This document shows, piece by piece, positions 25,331 to 39,095 of a stretch of 64,000 nucleotides of DNA. The stretch's first letter is position 1. The number at the start of each line of letters is the position of its first letter. The stretch is from the NCBI RefSeq assembly GCF_006345805.1, contig NC_042998.1:114080001-114144000 (forward strand). Reading direction: 5' to 3'. The notes beneath the pieces were generated by a model. The model did no database searches. It was given only the letters and a program-made list of their open reading frames with translations, and was not told the DNA's origin. A program made the position numbers and the translations under genes. This stretch comes from Octopus sinensis (lineage: Eukaryota).

Positions 25331-28060
25331 TCACTCGAGGAGAGAGTTATTGTTTGCGGAGACATAGCCGGATGTAGGAGGTTTATCCGGGATTTTTGAA
25401 GGAATTTGTCCTAAGACGTCTTGAACTTTATGGGGTCTGTTTCTACTTTAATGTGTTTTAGTATAATGTTAAAGAGAGCCAATTGAGGTAACATTATTAT
25501 GCCGTATTATTGTTATGTGATGCGAGTATGATTTTATGTTTTGAGCGGATAGCACGGGGTCCAAGTCTTGGGTGTATCTTAAAGACAATGCCAACATCAT
25601 TTGTGCAATGCTGATGGAATATCTTCCTGTCATGCCATCTATCTTTCTTGTAATTGACCTTTGATGTGCTTCGATTTTCATGATACTTTATTTCGTGTGT
25701 AGAGACCGCAGTGGACAACAGTATTCAAAGGGGGATTGGGCAAAAGTAGAGGAGAGAATGATAATGGTGTGAACATTCATCGACTGAAAAGTTCTGAGAA
25801 TCCAGGAACATATTCTGCGGGTCATGTCAACTTCGCTGTTTATATGAGCGTCTCAGCTTATGCTGTTGTCCACAATTACTCCCAAGTCTCTGATGTTGTC
25901 GGATGCCATGAGACTTTCACCTGAAGGAAGAGAGTATGGGAGTTTCAGGGTATCCTCTTCTCCGTAGTGGATTAAATCAAAATTGCCCTCGTTCAACTGC
26001 ATATTGTTCTTTTTCGCACTTTGGATGACAGCCAGTAGATCTGACTGAAGGCATGCCCGGTAGCCCACTTCATTGATGACCTTGTGGATCTTGGAATTAT
26101 CTGCAAAGATTCTTGCGTTGCTGTGATTGATGATGTCAGTAATGTCATTGATGTAGATGATGAAAAGGAGTGGGCTCAACACAGTGCATTGTGGAACACC
26201 ACTACTGACTTTGTTGGGCTTGATTTTATTCCTTCGACTACAACATGTTGGGTTCTGCTTGTCAGGAAACACTTGATCCATTGTAGTAACTTTCCAATGT
26301 GGGATAGTTTTTTCAAGAGGATCCTATGATCCATCCTGTCAAATCAAGGTAGACGACATTAGCATTCGAGCCCTCCCCCAATGCTCTCAGTGTCATCAAG
26401 GTGATGCAGGAGCTGCGTCAGGCAATTCCTTTCATTACGGGTCCCATGCTGATTGGGGTTCAGCAATCTGTTGCTTTCAAGAAATTGGTTTATCCGTGAT
26501 CTCACCACCCTCCCAAATACCTTGATGATATAAGAGGTGAGCGAGATCGGCCGGTAGTTCACTGCAAAGGGTTTGTTTCACTTTTTGAAAACTGGGACAG
26601 AAAATTCTCAGGAATATAACCGGCATCCAGTGAGTTCTCCACAGATTAGCAAGAGGAGATGCAAGTTGGTGTCAGTACACCCCCAGGACACAAGCAGAGA
26701 ACCTACCAGGGCCTACTGCTGAGTTGTGTTTGATTTCGTTTATTGCCGCCAAGACATCAAGGGCGCCAAACGTTATGTCCGATATAGTATTTTGAGGATT
26801 AACATCACTGATACAATCCAAATCGGCTATATCAGGATTGCTAAAAACAGGGCAGTACAGTTTCTGCAGTCTCTCACCCATGGTTTTAGCACTATTTTGG
26901 AGATTTCTATTTTCAGCAATTAGAGAACCAACAGTTGAGACAGTAACCTTGTGATTTTTTACAAAAGAGGACATTTTGGGATTGAGTTTGATTCTCTCAA
27001 CGGCCCATTTTCCTCAGCTGTTCTTTGGTTATTGATGAAGGTCGTCATGCATTATTGGAGATTATATTTTCTTGATTCGAGCAGGGTGATAGTAGTCAAA
27101 TTTATGTGTGGCTGTTGGCAGTATTTTAGTTTTTTTTTTAGTTTTCTGATAATCGTTTCTCTGTGTTAGGGAAATCTGCACTTAGTATTTTCCCCATGTC
27201 TTGGTGGGATGTGTTTATCATATATGTTTGTGCCAGTGTCTACAAAGATCTGCCAAGATATTTTGATACTGAAGGAGGTGTGTGCATGTGTGAAAGACCA
27301 GTCAACATGTGATAGATCGTTTATAATTGCGTCCCAGTTGGCACCATAGTGATCCATGGTATGAAATGGGTGGGCTGGAGAGAGGTCACTAGGGTTAGCT
27401 TTCGGCTGGTGGATTCTCAGGTCGCAGAGAACCATGTCATGGTCTGCAAAAGGGCTTTTTTCTCACTGCAATATTGTATATTGTGTTAGTATGGTTACTA
27501 AATATAAGGTCTAAAATCTTCTAATATCTTGTTGGTTCAACGGCAAGTTGGGACAAGAAAAAATCATCCATAAACTCGAGAAGTAACTCTACTGCTTATT
27601 TGTCAGCAGTTGAGGTGGGAGTACTTGATTTAAAACTGTTTGTAGACCAATCAACACAGGGTAGACTAAAATCTCCCTTCATAATTACGTTATTAGACTG
27701 GCACTATTGAATAAAGCACTTAATGCTATTGAGGCATTCATTAAGGCGCAGTATGGGTGGTTGAGGTGGTCTATACAGCCCAACCATTATCAGGTCATTG
27801 GTTTTGTTGATTACGATGACCGATTCACAGTAGCCATTGGAGTATGTCATATTTCCATCTGCCAAAAAGGAATCATGCGGGAAAATGGCAGTCCCACCCT
27901 TCCTTCTGTGGACTCGGTGGTTGTTAAATTCCAAGTGGGAATTGTCAAGGAAGGTCTCGGTAAGAATGAAGAAAGGGATGTGATGTGGATGGTTACCAAC
28001 CAAATCCTCAATGAATTGGATCTTCTATTTTTGTGCATTGATGGAGGGACTAACACCATG
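25331..28060 (-). pseudogene. LINE ORF2: apurinic-like endonuclease + reverse transcriptase, frameshifted
   Basis: FILTETFL, GGTAIF, MVGLYRPP (APE); SAVGPG, NYRPISLTS, NQHG, SGVPQCTVLSPLLFIIYIND, IFADNSKI, IRDLGVIVD (RT); ends PDKPPTSGYVSANNNSLLE*. Confidence 0.88.
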
Positions 28061-28161
28061 TGCATTGAGTAGAAATGTGGAGGCTAGCGTAGTGTCAGGT
28101 GTTGACAGCAGCAGGGGGATTTTTTCTGATCGTGTTAGTGACAGCAATGTGGGGAGTTGGT

Positions 28162-28370
28162 AAGGCGGCGAGCTGGCAGAAACGTTAACATTCCGGGCGA
28201 AATGCTTAGCGTTATTTCGTCTTTACGTTCTGAGTTCAAATTCTGCCGAGGTCGACTTTGCCTTTCGTCCTTTCGTGGTCGATAAATTAACTACCAGTTA
28301 TGTACTGGGCTTGATCTAATCGACTAGCCCACTCCCCCAAAATTTTGGACCTTGTGCCTAAAGTAGAAAA
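28162..28370 (+). mobile_element. SINE S1 inserted between LINE ORF1 and ORF2
   Basis: ggcggcgagctggcagaaacg...ttgtgcctaaagtagaaa. Confidence 0.8.
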
Positions 28371-28449
28371 AATGTGACGAGTCGGTGCATTGGGTTAATA
28401 GCATAGGATAGTATTGACTGATTCCTAAACATTTTTTTTGTATCTCTTT

Positions 28450-29164
28450 TATCAGGTTCAACACGGCTAAAACAGAATTTTCCTGCATAGGGAGCAGTTT
28501 TTAACTGGAGGTGCGGTTGCACTGTTGGATAGGGTTGTCGTTTCCGTTCTTGTGGTTTTTGTTGTTGCTGTTATTGTATTTGTGTCTTCGTAAAAAGACT
28601 GGACCAGCATTAGTGTTGTATGCAGTGGTTTTAATGTGGCTTGGAGTCCCATTTCTGTTAGTGGGTCGGGTCCCTGGAAAATGAGCGAAGGGACAGTCAA
28701 ACAGGAGACATAGTTTCTCGCGTTGGAAATACCGGCAGATCCTGGAATTCCGTGTTTTGCGTGTTTTAACATTCAATTTACTATCTGGTGGTGTTGATTT
28801 TGATGTTATTGTGGGATGCGTGCTTCGGCTTTGGCTGGTCGCGTTTATCTGGATTGTGCGTCTAGTGCCAGTTAGATATGTAAAGATGCAGTCACTACGT
28901 GTGCTGAGCCGTAACGTAGGGATTTAACGGATTTCTTGAAAACTTTGCATAGGCCTCTGAGCAGGTATCACCAAGCTTTTGGCAAAAATTGATGCGGTGT
29001 TGAGGACAGTGCATTTGTAAATTACGTCTCCTGCAACGTGTTTGAAGAGGGCAAATGGTCCCAGGGTGGCACTTACATGGTAGTGCATTGTGGGAATTAT
29101 TCTCAGGAATGAAGGGAGTAATACTGTCTAGGTAGAGGTTAGAGATGGGGGTAGATTGGTCCAT
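28450..29164 (-). pseudogene. LINE ORF1 remnant with CCCH-type zinc finger(s)
   Basis: CRYFQREKLCLLFDCPFAH (C-x8-C-x4-C-x3-H) plus further degenerate Cys/His clusters upstream. Confidence 0.55.
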
Positions 29165-29183
29165 GTTATTAATATTATTATTA

Positions 29184-29240
<57 letters not shown>

Positions 29241-29368
29241 TTCTTTTCTTCTTTCAAATTTGCTTCCATTTCTTGCCGAGTGTCTTCCCGACTCCTAGGG
29301 CAAAGAAACTCATAGTATACATTGGTAGGCCATTAAACCAAACTCAGTAGTTCGTTCATTTTTTTAAA
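29241..29368 (-). mobile_element. Short 3'-UTR fragment of the R4/Dong-like element, flanked on both sides by (ATT)n
   Basis: Nearly identical to ~53860-53985. Confidence 0.8.
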
Positions 29369-29386
29369 TTATTATTATTATTATTA

Positions 29387-29465
<79 letters not shown>

Positions 29466-29883
29466 CATTATTATTATTATTATTAATTTTATCATCATCA
29501 TATCTATCCTAACTGAATTTGTGGTGGAGGTCAAGGTACTAGTATTCTGGTTAGTGTTAGTAGGATTGGTTGGGCTTTCGTTATGGTCCAAAGTATTGGG
29601 TTTGATGTTGGAGCTATGTATGTGTTGGGCGTTCGTGCATTCAGAGTTGTTTCGGCGTATATTTTGATAATAGAGAGAAAGTTTCCGTCTATTAGAGGTT
29701 GTTACAATAGGTTCAAATTTGGGTGGGGAAGACTAGGATAACATTAAAGTAGATCTATTAAAGACAGAGTAATATTTATGTTGACGAGGAAAGTTGGAGT
29801 CTAATATATCAAAAAAGGATTAGAGTAAGTCCTTAACATTTAATACATATACATACATACATACATACATGTATATGTGTATG

Positions 29884-29937
<54 letters not shown>

Positions 29938-30219
29938 TGTGTATACTGATTGTAAGACCTGTATTTTCCATATCAAACGACAAGCGTTACAAGAGAACCG
30001 GGAATTTTATTAGCACCATATCAGAGTCACATGACTAGTTTTAATGGACCAATTCGTGATGTATATATGACAATATAAAAGCAAATATGAGTGTCAGTCT
30101 CCTGAAAATCCAGAGAGGAGAAACTTTGACTTAGCGATACCCAAATACAAAACTTTTAACAATAAAAGGATCTTTGTATGGTATACATATGTAAGTATAT
30201 ATTGCTACACACACACATA

Positions 30220-30250
<31 letters not shown>

Positions 30251-30592
30251 TTGTGTAAGTGTTTATATGTGTAAGTTTGAATATGTGTTTATTTGTAATG
30301 AAGAACAGCTAGTTGGCGTTGAGAGTTGAGAGAATATAGTTATTTCCCTTGATTAATTATTACACATCAGGAATTTCCTGTTTTTTTTCCCCACCATATT
30401 TTTTTTTATCGTATTATGTTAACTTTCACAATTCCTCTCCCTGAAATCTTCCATAAATGATTAATCTAGAAACATTTATGGAAGCGACTTTTTTTGTCAC
30501 GATGAACAAAATACGTGCCGATATGAAGACATAATTTAAGAGTGCAATACATATAATTCTATCTGAGGCATCGAGGGCAAATGACATACACA

Positions 30593-30667
<75 letters not shown>

Positions 30668-32477
30668 ATGTGTGTACACATATACATACACACACACACA
30701 CACACACACCTATGTATGTATACATGCAAACGTATACACGCATAAACACACATACACAAACATATATATATTTATAAATACGCATATAAAAGGGAGACAG
30801 GAAAAAAAGATGAGTAAAGGATGAAAGTTTAACAAAAAAAATTAATAAATAATTAAACGAAAAACATATATATATATATATATAAATAGTAACAAAAATA
30901 TATAGAATACAAAAAGCAGAAGTAAAAAAAAATTACAAACTCCTGTAATGAAAGAGCGAAAGAGAAAAAGTAGTGGGGGTGGAGCGGTGGGGTAGGGTTG
31001 AGGGAAAGTAGTGAAAATGAATGAAAAAGCTGTGGAATATATATATATAAAAACATGAAGTAAATTAGTTTAAAAATCTGCTTTGTATAATAAGACGACA
31101 CAGAATGATGGTTTTTATCTGTTGAAATACATTGATTCTTGCTGCAGAAAATTTCATATATTTCCTTCGATAATACTCTTGATAATACCTTTATAATAAT
31201 TCTGCCTTCATCGGTATTATCATCATCGTTCAGCCTAGTCGTCATCACACTCACACTCGTCGCCTTTGTCGTCACCAGTATCACGATCGTCGGCAACGTC
31301 ACCAGCGTTACTGTCATCAACGCCATCATCATCATCATCGTCATCGTCATCGTCGTCGTCGTCGTAATCGTCGTCGCCAACATCATTGTAATCAACATCC
31401 AATTCCTTCCTTGTTCTTCTCCTCCCCCTTCTCCCCTTCCCTTCTCCCCTTCCCTTCTCCTCATCCTCATTTTCATCATCTCCATTCCTAGACTTGATCA
31501 TCATCATTACATTGATGATGATATTCATGACGATCATCATGAATCCTCACCGTTATAATCATCAATTCTTCACCACCACCACCACCACCACCACCACCAC
31601 CAACACCACCACTGACGCCGCCACCGCCATCACTACCACTACCAAATGTTCCTGATATTTTACACAATCTTTTTCATTACTTTTCCGTACACTCCATGTC
31701 ATCGTTTTCGTTGTTGTTGTTGTTGTTGTTGTTGTTGTACAGGAACTCTTGTTGTTGACGCGATTAAAATTTTGTTAAGTCTTTTAATAATGTTATTGAT
31801 GACTGAGAAGAAAATTTCTGATGAAGTCCTCTACACAAATCACGTCATCACATGGAGAAAACTAAAAAATCTCTCATGTCTTTTATAGTCTTTTGTTTTT
31901 CTTCTGTTTATATTTCCTTCTCTTTTTCGCTTTGCTATGCATCTTAACGTTATGCTGTTTTCTTTCCCATACTTTGTCGTTATTGTATCAACGATACTTG
32001 AACAATACATACCTTAGAATGTTGCAGTGTATATTAGGCAAATATTTATTACCAATTGTCATAATTATGAAAGCGATGTTGAGCTTTATTCGTTTGTCGC
32101 CTTTTCGTTCTGAGTTCAAATTTTGCCGAGGTAGATTTAGCATTTTATACTTGCGTGGCCAATAAAATGAACTACCTTTCTAGTTCTTGTTCGGTAGTAT
32201 CGAGTATCTCCTCTCAAATTCGCCTGGCATTGTGCCTAAATGAGAAACAAGTATTCCGGTTGTTGTCGTTGCTGTTGTTGTTGTAGCTGTTCTTCTTGTT
32301 CTTGTTCTTGTTCTTGTTCTTCTTGTACTTGTTCTTGTTCTTGTTATTGTTGTTCTTGTTCTTGTTCTTGTTCTTGTTCTTCTTGTTCTTGTTCTTCTTC
32401 TTCTTCTTCTTCTTCTTCTTCTTCTTCTTCTTCTCCTCCTTCTCCTCCTCCCCCTTCTTCTTCTTCTTCATTAATAT

Positions 32478-34147
32478 AGGAACTTGAGCAGGAACAAACC
32501 TATAAATACCTAGGAATAAATGAAAGCTCTAGTATCCAGCATGCAACCATGAAAGAAAAGGTTAGGAAAGAATGTTATAGAAGAGCTTCAGCAGTCCTGA
32601 AGTCTGAGCTGAATGCATATAATAAGCTGCAGAACCATTTGCTATTTATTCATGACACGTCGTTTTATATATTATTGTCAGCGCTACCTTGTTCGTAGCT
32701 AGTGTTTTCACGATCTATGTGTGGGGAATACTGTATAAAACCTTACGGTAATCGATCAATCTTCTTTTTCTTTTGGTAGTCCTGAAGTTTAAATTTCTTA
32801 GCAGTCCCAATTGTTCTTTATAGCTTCAATGTGCTTAACTGGAATACCAGTGAAATAATGAAAATTGATAGAAAAATCCGCTAGCTACTGACTTGTAATG
32901 AGATATACCATCCAAAGGCAGACGTGGATCGTCTTTACCTTCCCAGAGCTTAGGGAGGTCGAGGTTTGACCCACCACAATCGGACTGGCCAAATACCTTA
33001 ATACAACCAACGATTGGATGCTAAAACTTGTTGAAAAACATGAAAGACCGTAAAAACTTCACTCTATTCTCAAAGAGAGCAAAAATATCGCTGCTGATCT
33101 CTTAGATAACTACCAAATTGATCAGGTTGAAGGATTTGCGCCAACTGCTGCTGCAAAAAAAATGAAATTAATTGCAAAGACAAAAGCACATGAAAAATTA
33201 GTTAACAAATGGAAACAGAAACCTCTGCATGGCAAGTAGAGCCCGTAGCAAACAAACTGATCTCGACCAGAAACACACGCATCAATGGTTACAATGCTCA
33301 GAGCTAAAAGCAGAGAGTAAAGGTTTCATACTAGCTGCTCAAGATCAAAGCTTATTAACCCGGAACTACCAAGCCAATGTGATAAAAAATGATAAAAAAT
33401 GGAGCTGACCCCAAATGCCGATTCTGTAACGAAGAGATTGAAATTATAGACCACCTAATCTCAGGGTGTAGAGTCTTAGCACCTGTAGAATATAAAGCAA
33501 GATATGACAGAGTCGACCAGTATTTACACTGGACAATATGTCGGCATTATAAAATCAAAACCGCTGACAAATGGTATAAACACCATCCTGAAGCTGTTAC
33601 TGAAGGAGAAATGTGTCGATTCCCTGGGACTTACCCGGACATTCCGATAAATCTATAGAAGCTAATAAACCGGGTATTATTATAAAAGATCAGGCAAAAA
33701 AGGTGTGTTTATTAATTGACATGAGTATTCCTTGCGATCACAATATAGCGGCGAAAGGATTTGACAAGATCAGTAAATATAAAGACTTATTAATAGAATT
33801 TGAAAAAAATGTGGCATCTCAAGGCGACTACAGTACCAGTGATAGTAGGATCTCTAGGAATGATTAAAAAAAAGGTATTGAAACCTATTTGAAAATGATA
33901 CCAGGCTTACCATCCCTACAGGAAGTGCAAAAAATCGTGTTAACTGGAACGACTCATGTACTGTGAAGAGCATTATCGCTGTGAAAACAACATCCATTCA
34001 TGAATTTATTTATTTATTAATTTTTAAAATACATATTTTGCCTCTGAATTTGCGTGTGTAATCTAGGAATGCATACAATGAGCTTCTCTGCCTTAGGTGT
34101 ACGGAAAACACTCGGCGAGAAATGGAATAAAATTTGAAGAAGGAAAA
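32478..34147 (+). mobile_element. 5'-truncated, decayed R4/Dong-like RLE retrotransposon followed by (TAA)n
   Basis: Peptides homologous to 54000-55380 (YKYLGINE, HPKADVDRLY, ADPKCRFCNEEIEIIDHLISGC, KPGIIIKD..LLIDMSIP). Confidence 0.88.
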
Positions 34148-34155
34148 ATAATAAT

Positions 34156-34218
<63 letters not shown>

Positions 34219-34261
34219 CATTATTATTATTATTATTATTATTATTGATATTATTATTATT

Positions 34262-34965
34262 TCTCTTTATCAGGTTTTGTTGGAGCTTCTGAAGTTTTAC
34301 ATACGTAGCGGGCTTGCTACCTGCAGCCTACTGTACCATGCTATCTATTCTTATCGGCTATTTAATACTGTCCTTATTACTCTGGCCGTACCAAGGAGGC
34401 AAACCCTTTGTAAGACTTTTACTGGGCACTCTATTTCAATTTCAATTTCTTTTATATTCCCCTTGATACCTCCTGATACTGTTCCCAAAATCCAACAATA
34501 ATTGGCACTATCTTCACTTTCTTCATTTTCCATAGTCGAACTATTTCGTACTTAAGAGGCTTGTATTTATCTATCTTTTCACCTTCCTTATTAACTATTC
34601 GTGAGTCAAAGGGGCATACAGCATCAACTATATAGCATATGTAGTGCACCTTGTTCACCAACACTAGGTCCAATTTGTTATGCTCTAGCACCTGATCTGT
34701 TTGGATTAAGAAATCCCAGAGGATTTTGCTAGTCTCCGACTCCACCTCTCTTTGCGGTTTGTGCTTATACCACGTCTTGTCTCTTTCTAGCCCTCACTTT
34801 TCGCACAATTTCCATTGTAGCACTTTCGCTACCTGATCGTGTCGCCACAAATTGTAGTGGTTTTGGTCGTCTAGGGCATTCGTTCATGATATGGGCAATG
34901 GTTTCATCCACTCTATAGCAGATACAAGCACAGCGGAGAGACTTGCTCATTCCTAAGGTTGACTC
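34262..34965 (-). mobile_element. 3' fragment of a second, diverged R4/Dong-like family (CCHC + RLE)
   Basis: C..C.RVDETIAHIMNEC; KILWDFLIQTDQVLEHNKLDLV..IVDAVCPFD..EKIDKY; LQRVCLLGTARVIR. Abuts (TTA)n. Confidence 0.82.
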
Positions 34966-35284
34966 ACCATCATCATCATCATCGTCGTCATTAGTCTTTT
35001 ACATATAAGACGTAGTTTTGTTTCGCCCCTCAATATAATAAAAATTGTTGTAATTTTGGTCCTTGAGATTTTTTAATGTAAATTTCTTTTCTTTACATTG
35101 TCGAAGATCCGAAAACGCCTGCAAAGTATTGGTCGGCAGTATTTTTTAAACCTCACTGCTAAGATCTCACTATATATATTGTTGTCTTTTTATTTACGAG
35201 AAATATTCAAATATATACAAAAGATAATAAACTTTTGGATAGTGTCGTGTTTGAGAGGTTTTTGTTTGTTCCTTCTCGAGCCAC

Positions 35285-35570
35285 GCCTAGCTCATAATGA
35301 CTGGTTTCCTCGTTTCCTTGGCGTATAGGTTCCCTACCTGGAGGACACGCCGGTCCGTCGCAGGTGAGCTGAAAGATGCAGGAGGAAAGAGTGAGAGAAA
35401 GTTGTGGCGAAAGAGTCAGCAGAAGCTCACCATTACCTTCTGCCGGAGCCGCGTGGAGCGTAGGTGTTTCGCTCATAAACACACACACATATCGCCCGGT
35501 CTGAGATTCGAAGCCGCGATCCCTCGACCGCGAGTCCGCAGCTCTAACCACTAGGCCATGTGCGTCCAGT
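35285..35570 (-). mobile_element. tRNA-derived SINE (family S3-like)
   Basis: Minus strand head ggacgcacatggcctagtggttagagctgcggac...ggcttcgaatctc with A and B boxes. Confidence 0.75.
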
Positions 35571-36696
35571 GTTTGAGAGGTAGCTGGTCTAAGAGAAGGG
35601 CAATGGGAAGTGATGAAAGACTGAATTATACCAACAACGCAGCATACTTTTTTTTTTACCAAAGAAATTTATCCCCACCACCTATAGGCGTCTGTCGTAC
35701 TGAGGATGGGCAGCATATGTTGCAACAATAACAACGACAGTATAATGCATAATTACACCAGCAACATATCGTGCAGCGAAATCACAGCCATCCATACCAC
35801 TACCTATCTAAAAGTCTGTTCAAATCTATCTGTACATAGCAATATCACCAACACAACCAGCTTATTCACCGATTTCTTTAGGCTATATGACAACAGTTGC
35901 AACAGTTACAAAGTTATCAGCTCAAAATATAGAATTTTAACTCCAGGCATCATAACTTCCATCACCACTCTTCAAGTGACACGAACCTTTAAAAATTAGA
36001 GAGTAAAGTGTTGAGGGAGCTCAAGTTTATTTGGTGGTGAAAATAGCACTGGTTAAAAACGATGGTTTTCATTCTTGCTCGCTGTGGCGCAAATTGGTGA
36101 ATTTCTATACAGCTATTTGCGAACTTTTATTTGCGGACGCCACTCCTTTAGTGAGAAAAGTGAAGATCTACGTCCTTCTATATTATAATTAATTCACTTG
36201 TAATATAAAAATGTTTGATGCGGAGATCTATGTCAAATTAAGTAATTTGGGAGTTGCGAAGGACAACTGTCAGTGCTAGAAATATTTTTGCAGATTGAAT
36301 CTATAGTTACTATGCTATATTAGACTGTTGCCTTGTGGCTAATCCCGTGTAGATTTACAAGTTTTACTTATCAAGTGTATTTCAGCGTGCTAGTAAGCAG
36401 TCAATTGTCCATGTTATGGAGAGAGAAGATCAGTGCCGCCCACTAGCGTTGACTGTAGGCTTGTTGTTTTATTTGGATATTTTTTGTGGTGTTATGTAGC
36501 TCCAAATAAACTCTGAACCAGGTAGGAAGACTGCCTAACAACAAAACGTAACCCACAGATCAATTTATCCATTTTATCGTGTCTCAGCTCTAGCTGACTA
36601 CCGTAGTATGTATATATATATATATAAATATTATTGTTATTATTAATATTTTAAGGTGGCTTATTCACAATTTACAACCAAAAGGCACAAGTATAA

Positions 36697-37017
36697 ACGT
36701 CACTAAGGTGACTGAGGGTGCTAGCAATAAGAGCTTGAACAACACTTAGCCACGGGAAGCACTTATCTAATGACTGAGAAGGGAGACCAGCTCCCAACAG
36801 CAAGCGAGACAGAGCCATAACATCGATGATTTTGGATTTGATTAATCTTCATCAGTGATTTTCACCCGGTCACCGAGGGTTAAAGCTAACTCGCCTTGTC
36901 AGTTTATAGAAAATAGCGTAGTCATTAGATAAGTGCTTCCTATGGCTAAGAGTTGTTCTGACTCTTATTTCTAGCAATCCTGGTGCTGGCTAACACCCTC
37001 AGCCACCTCAGTGACGT
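36697..37017. mobile_element. Inverted-arm element (arms 36697-36775 and 36920-37017)
   Basis: gaagcacttatctaatgact / agtcattagataagtgcttc and acgtcact / agtgacgt. Confidence 0.7.
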
Positions 37018-37793
37018 CTGAGTGTGTGTGTGTGCGCGTGTGTGTGTATGTGTGAGTGTATATTATATATAATAACTACCATCTATCCATGTGATATGAA
37101 TTCTTAAAATCTGCTTGTGATTAAAAAGGTATAAATGTGCATTATTTCTTTAACATTAGTACTCGGATCAAGAAAAGCTGTAATCTGATCGAAACTTAAG
37201 AAAAATTTGTCTGTAGAAAGCAGTATCTTTCAAATACTACGCCACATGGGTTATGACCCGAGTGACGCACTATAGGTTTTTAAGTGAACTGTAAGATTTT
37301 GAAAATATAATTTAAGACTTTAGAATATCTCTAGAAATTCAAGCGATTTTAAAAACCTGTATCATTCACAGTTTCGTCACATGCAAGTATATATATAATG
37401 CGTCAAAGAAGCAATGATATTCATGAAGGCGACAGCGAATAAGATTTTGATGATGATGATGACAATGATGATGATGATGGATGTCGGTGGTGATGATTGC
37501 TATCACTGTGGTGATAGTTACGACAACGGCGATGATTATTACTATTGCTGGTTTCGTTCCGGTTTAGACCTGATTTACCAGACTTATGTTCGACAACATT
37601 ACAGCCTTGATTTTTCCCCATAGTTTTCTTTATTGAGGCTTACTTTAAACAATAAATCTCATTTCATTGATTTTCCTATTTGATAGATAATTGTGATCTG
37701 ATCTGATTTGACTGCTATTTCTAGTGAATCGAGCGATAGCAGACAGCTTTTGTTGATGACCATGATGATGACTATGGTAATGATAATGATGGC

Positions 37794-37841
<48 letters not shown>

Positions 37842-39031
37842 AATGATGATAATGATGATGATGAGAAGGAGGAGAAGGATGATGATGATATTTATGATGA
37901 TTCTAAAAAAATCGTGAATATGAGAATGACCAGGACGATGATGATAATAATATTGAGGATGATGGTAATTAACATAAGAATGATAATGGTGATGATCATA
38001 ATGATGGTGATGGTGATGGAGATGATAAAGACCCCGACGCAGATGAAGTTGATGCGTCTACACTTCCTACTACAAATTATGAAGATGATAATGGTGATGA
38101 TGATGATGATGATGGTGGTGGTAGTGGTGGTGGTGAGGATAGAGGGATGATGGTCGTAGTGGTGATGGTAGTTGTGCTGGTACTGATGACGATGTCGAGA
38201 CGAATTGTTTGATTTTCTTTTTAATGTTTCCATAGTTACTACTTTGAAATTTTTCAAATAATGAAGCAAACGAAAAGAAAATTAAAATTATAGTTTGGAA
38301 ACTTGAAAATATCTATTCCACACCAAAGGAAAGAAACGATGTAAGATGTCATATTTTTACAGGCTTTTTGCAGTTAAAAAATTTATAGATTCATAATAAG
38401 ATATGTTTCATGTGTTTTGTTTTTGTTTTTGTTCTCGGTCTTTTAGAAATGGTTAACAAAAAAAAAGAAAGCCAAATGTAAAAAAATCCTTTAAAGACAA
38501 AGAAACTTGTTCATAAGAATGAAAGGTTGGGTGAGTGCTGTGAAATAGGACACAGTTTAGCAGAGTTAGTTAGATAAAGATTAGAAAACGAAAAAAAAAA
38601 AAATGAAGGTGAAATATTGACTTTAAATCATTATACATGTTGTGGAATCCTTAAATATATTTAAAAAGAAATAGAAATTCCACTTTCGCCACCATCACAA
38701 ATCTCCATCACCACAATAACAACAACTACAACAACTTCAGTTATTACAACAACAACTACAGCCACTCGAACTACTACCACAACCACCGCCAAACACACAA
38801 AAATTCTTATTTAGAAAAGGACGAATATATTATTAAAAAAAATCAACAACAACAATCATAATAATAGTAATAAAATGCAACAAAAATTATGAAAATACAC
38901 AAAATCGGAGAAGAGATAAAATTTAAGGAAAGTATTATATCAATAAAATCTTAATCATAAAAATGATGGTTTCTTATTTTAGAGACGCCCCCAGGAAAGA
39001 TATGATGTTTTTCCTGATTCTGATTCTCCTA

Positions 39032-39095
<64 letters not shown>

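Larger units (their letters stand above)
25080..29830 (-). mobile_element. Long decayed CR1-like LINE (ORF1 remnant, APE endonuclease + RT ORF2, 3' UTR) with nested insertions
   Basis: See the ORF2 and ORF1 sub-features. The outer boundaries are approximate. Confidence 0.8.

Noticed and set aside
36815-36860. CTGATGA-agattaatcaaatc-CAAA motif on the minus strand
   Set aside because: G12 is missing and stem I is poor; at most a dead remnant.
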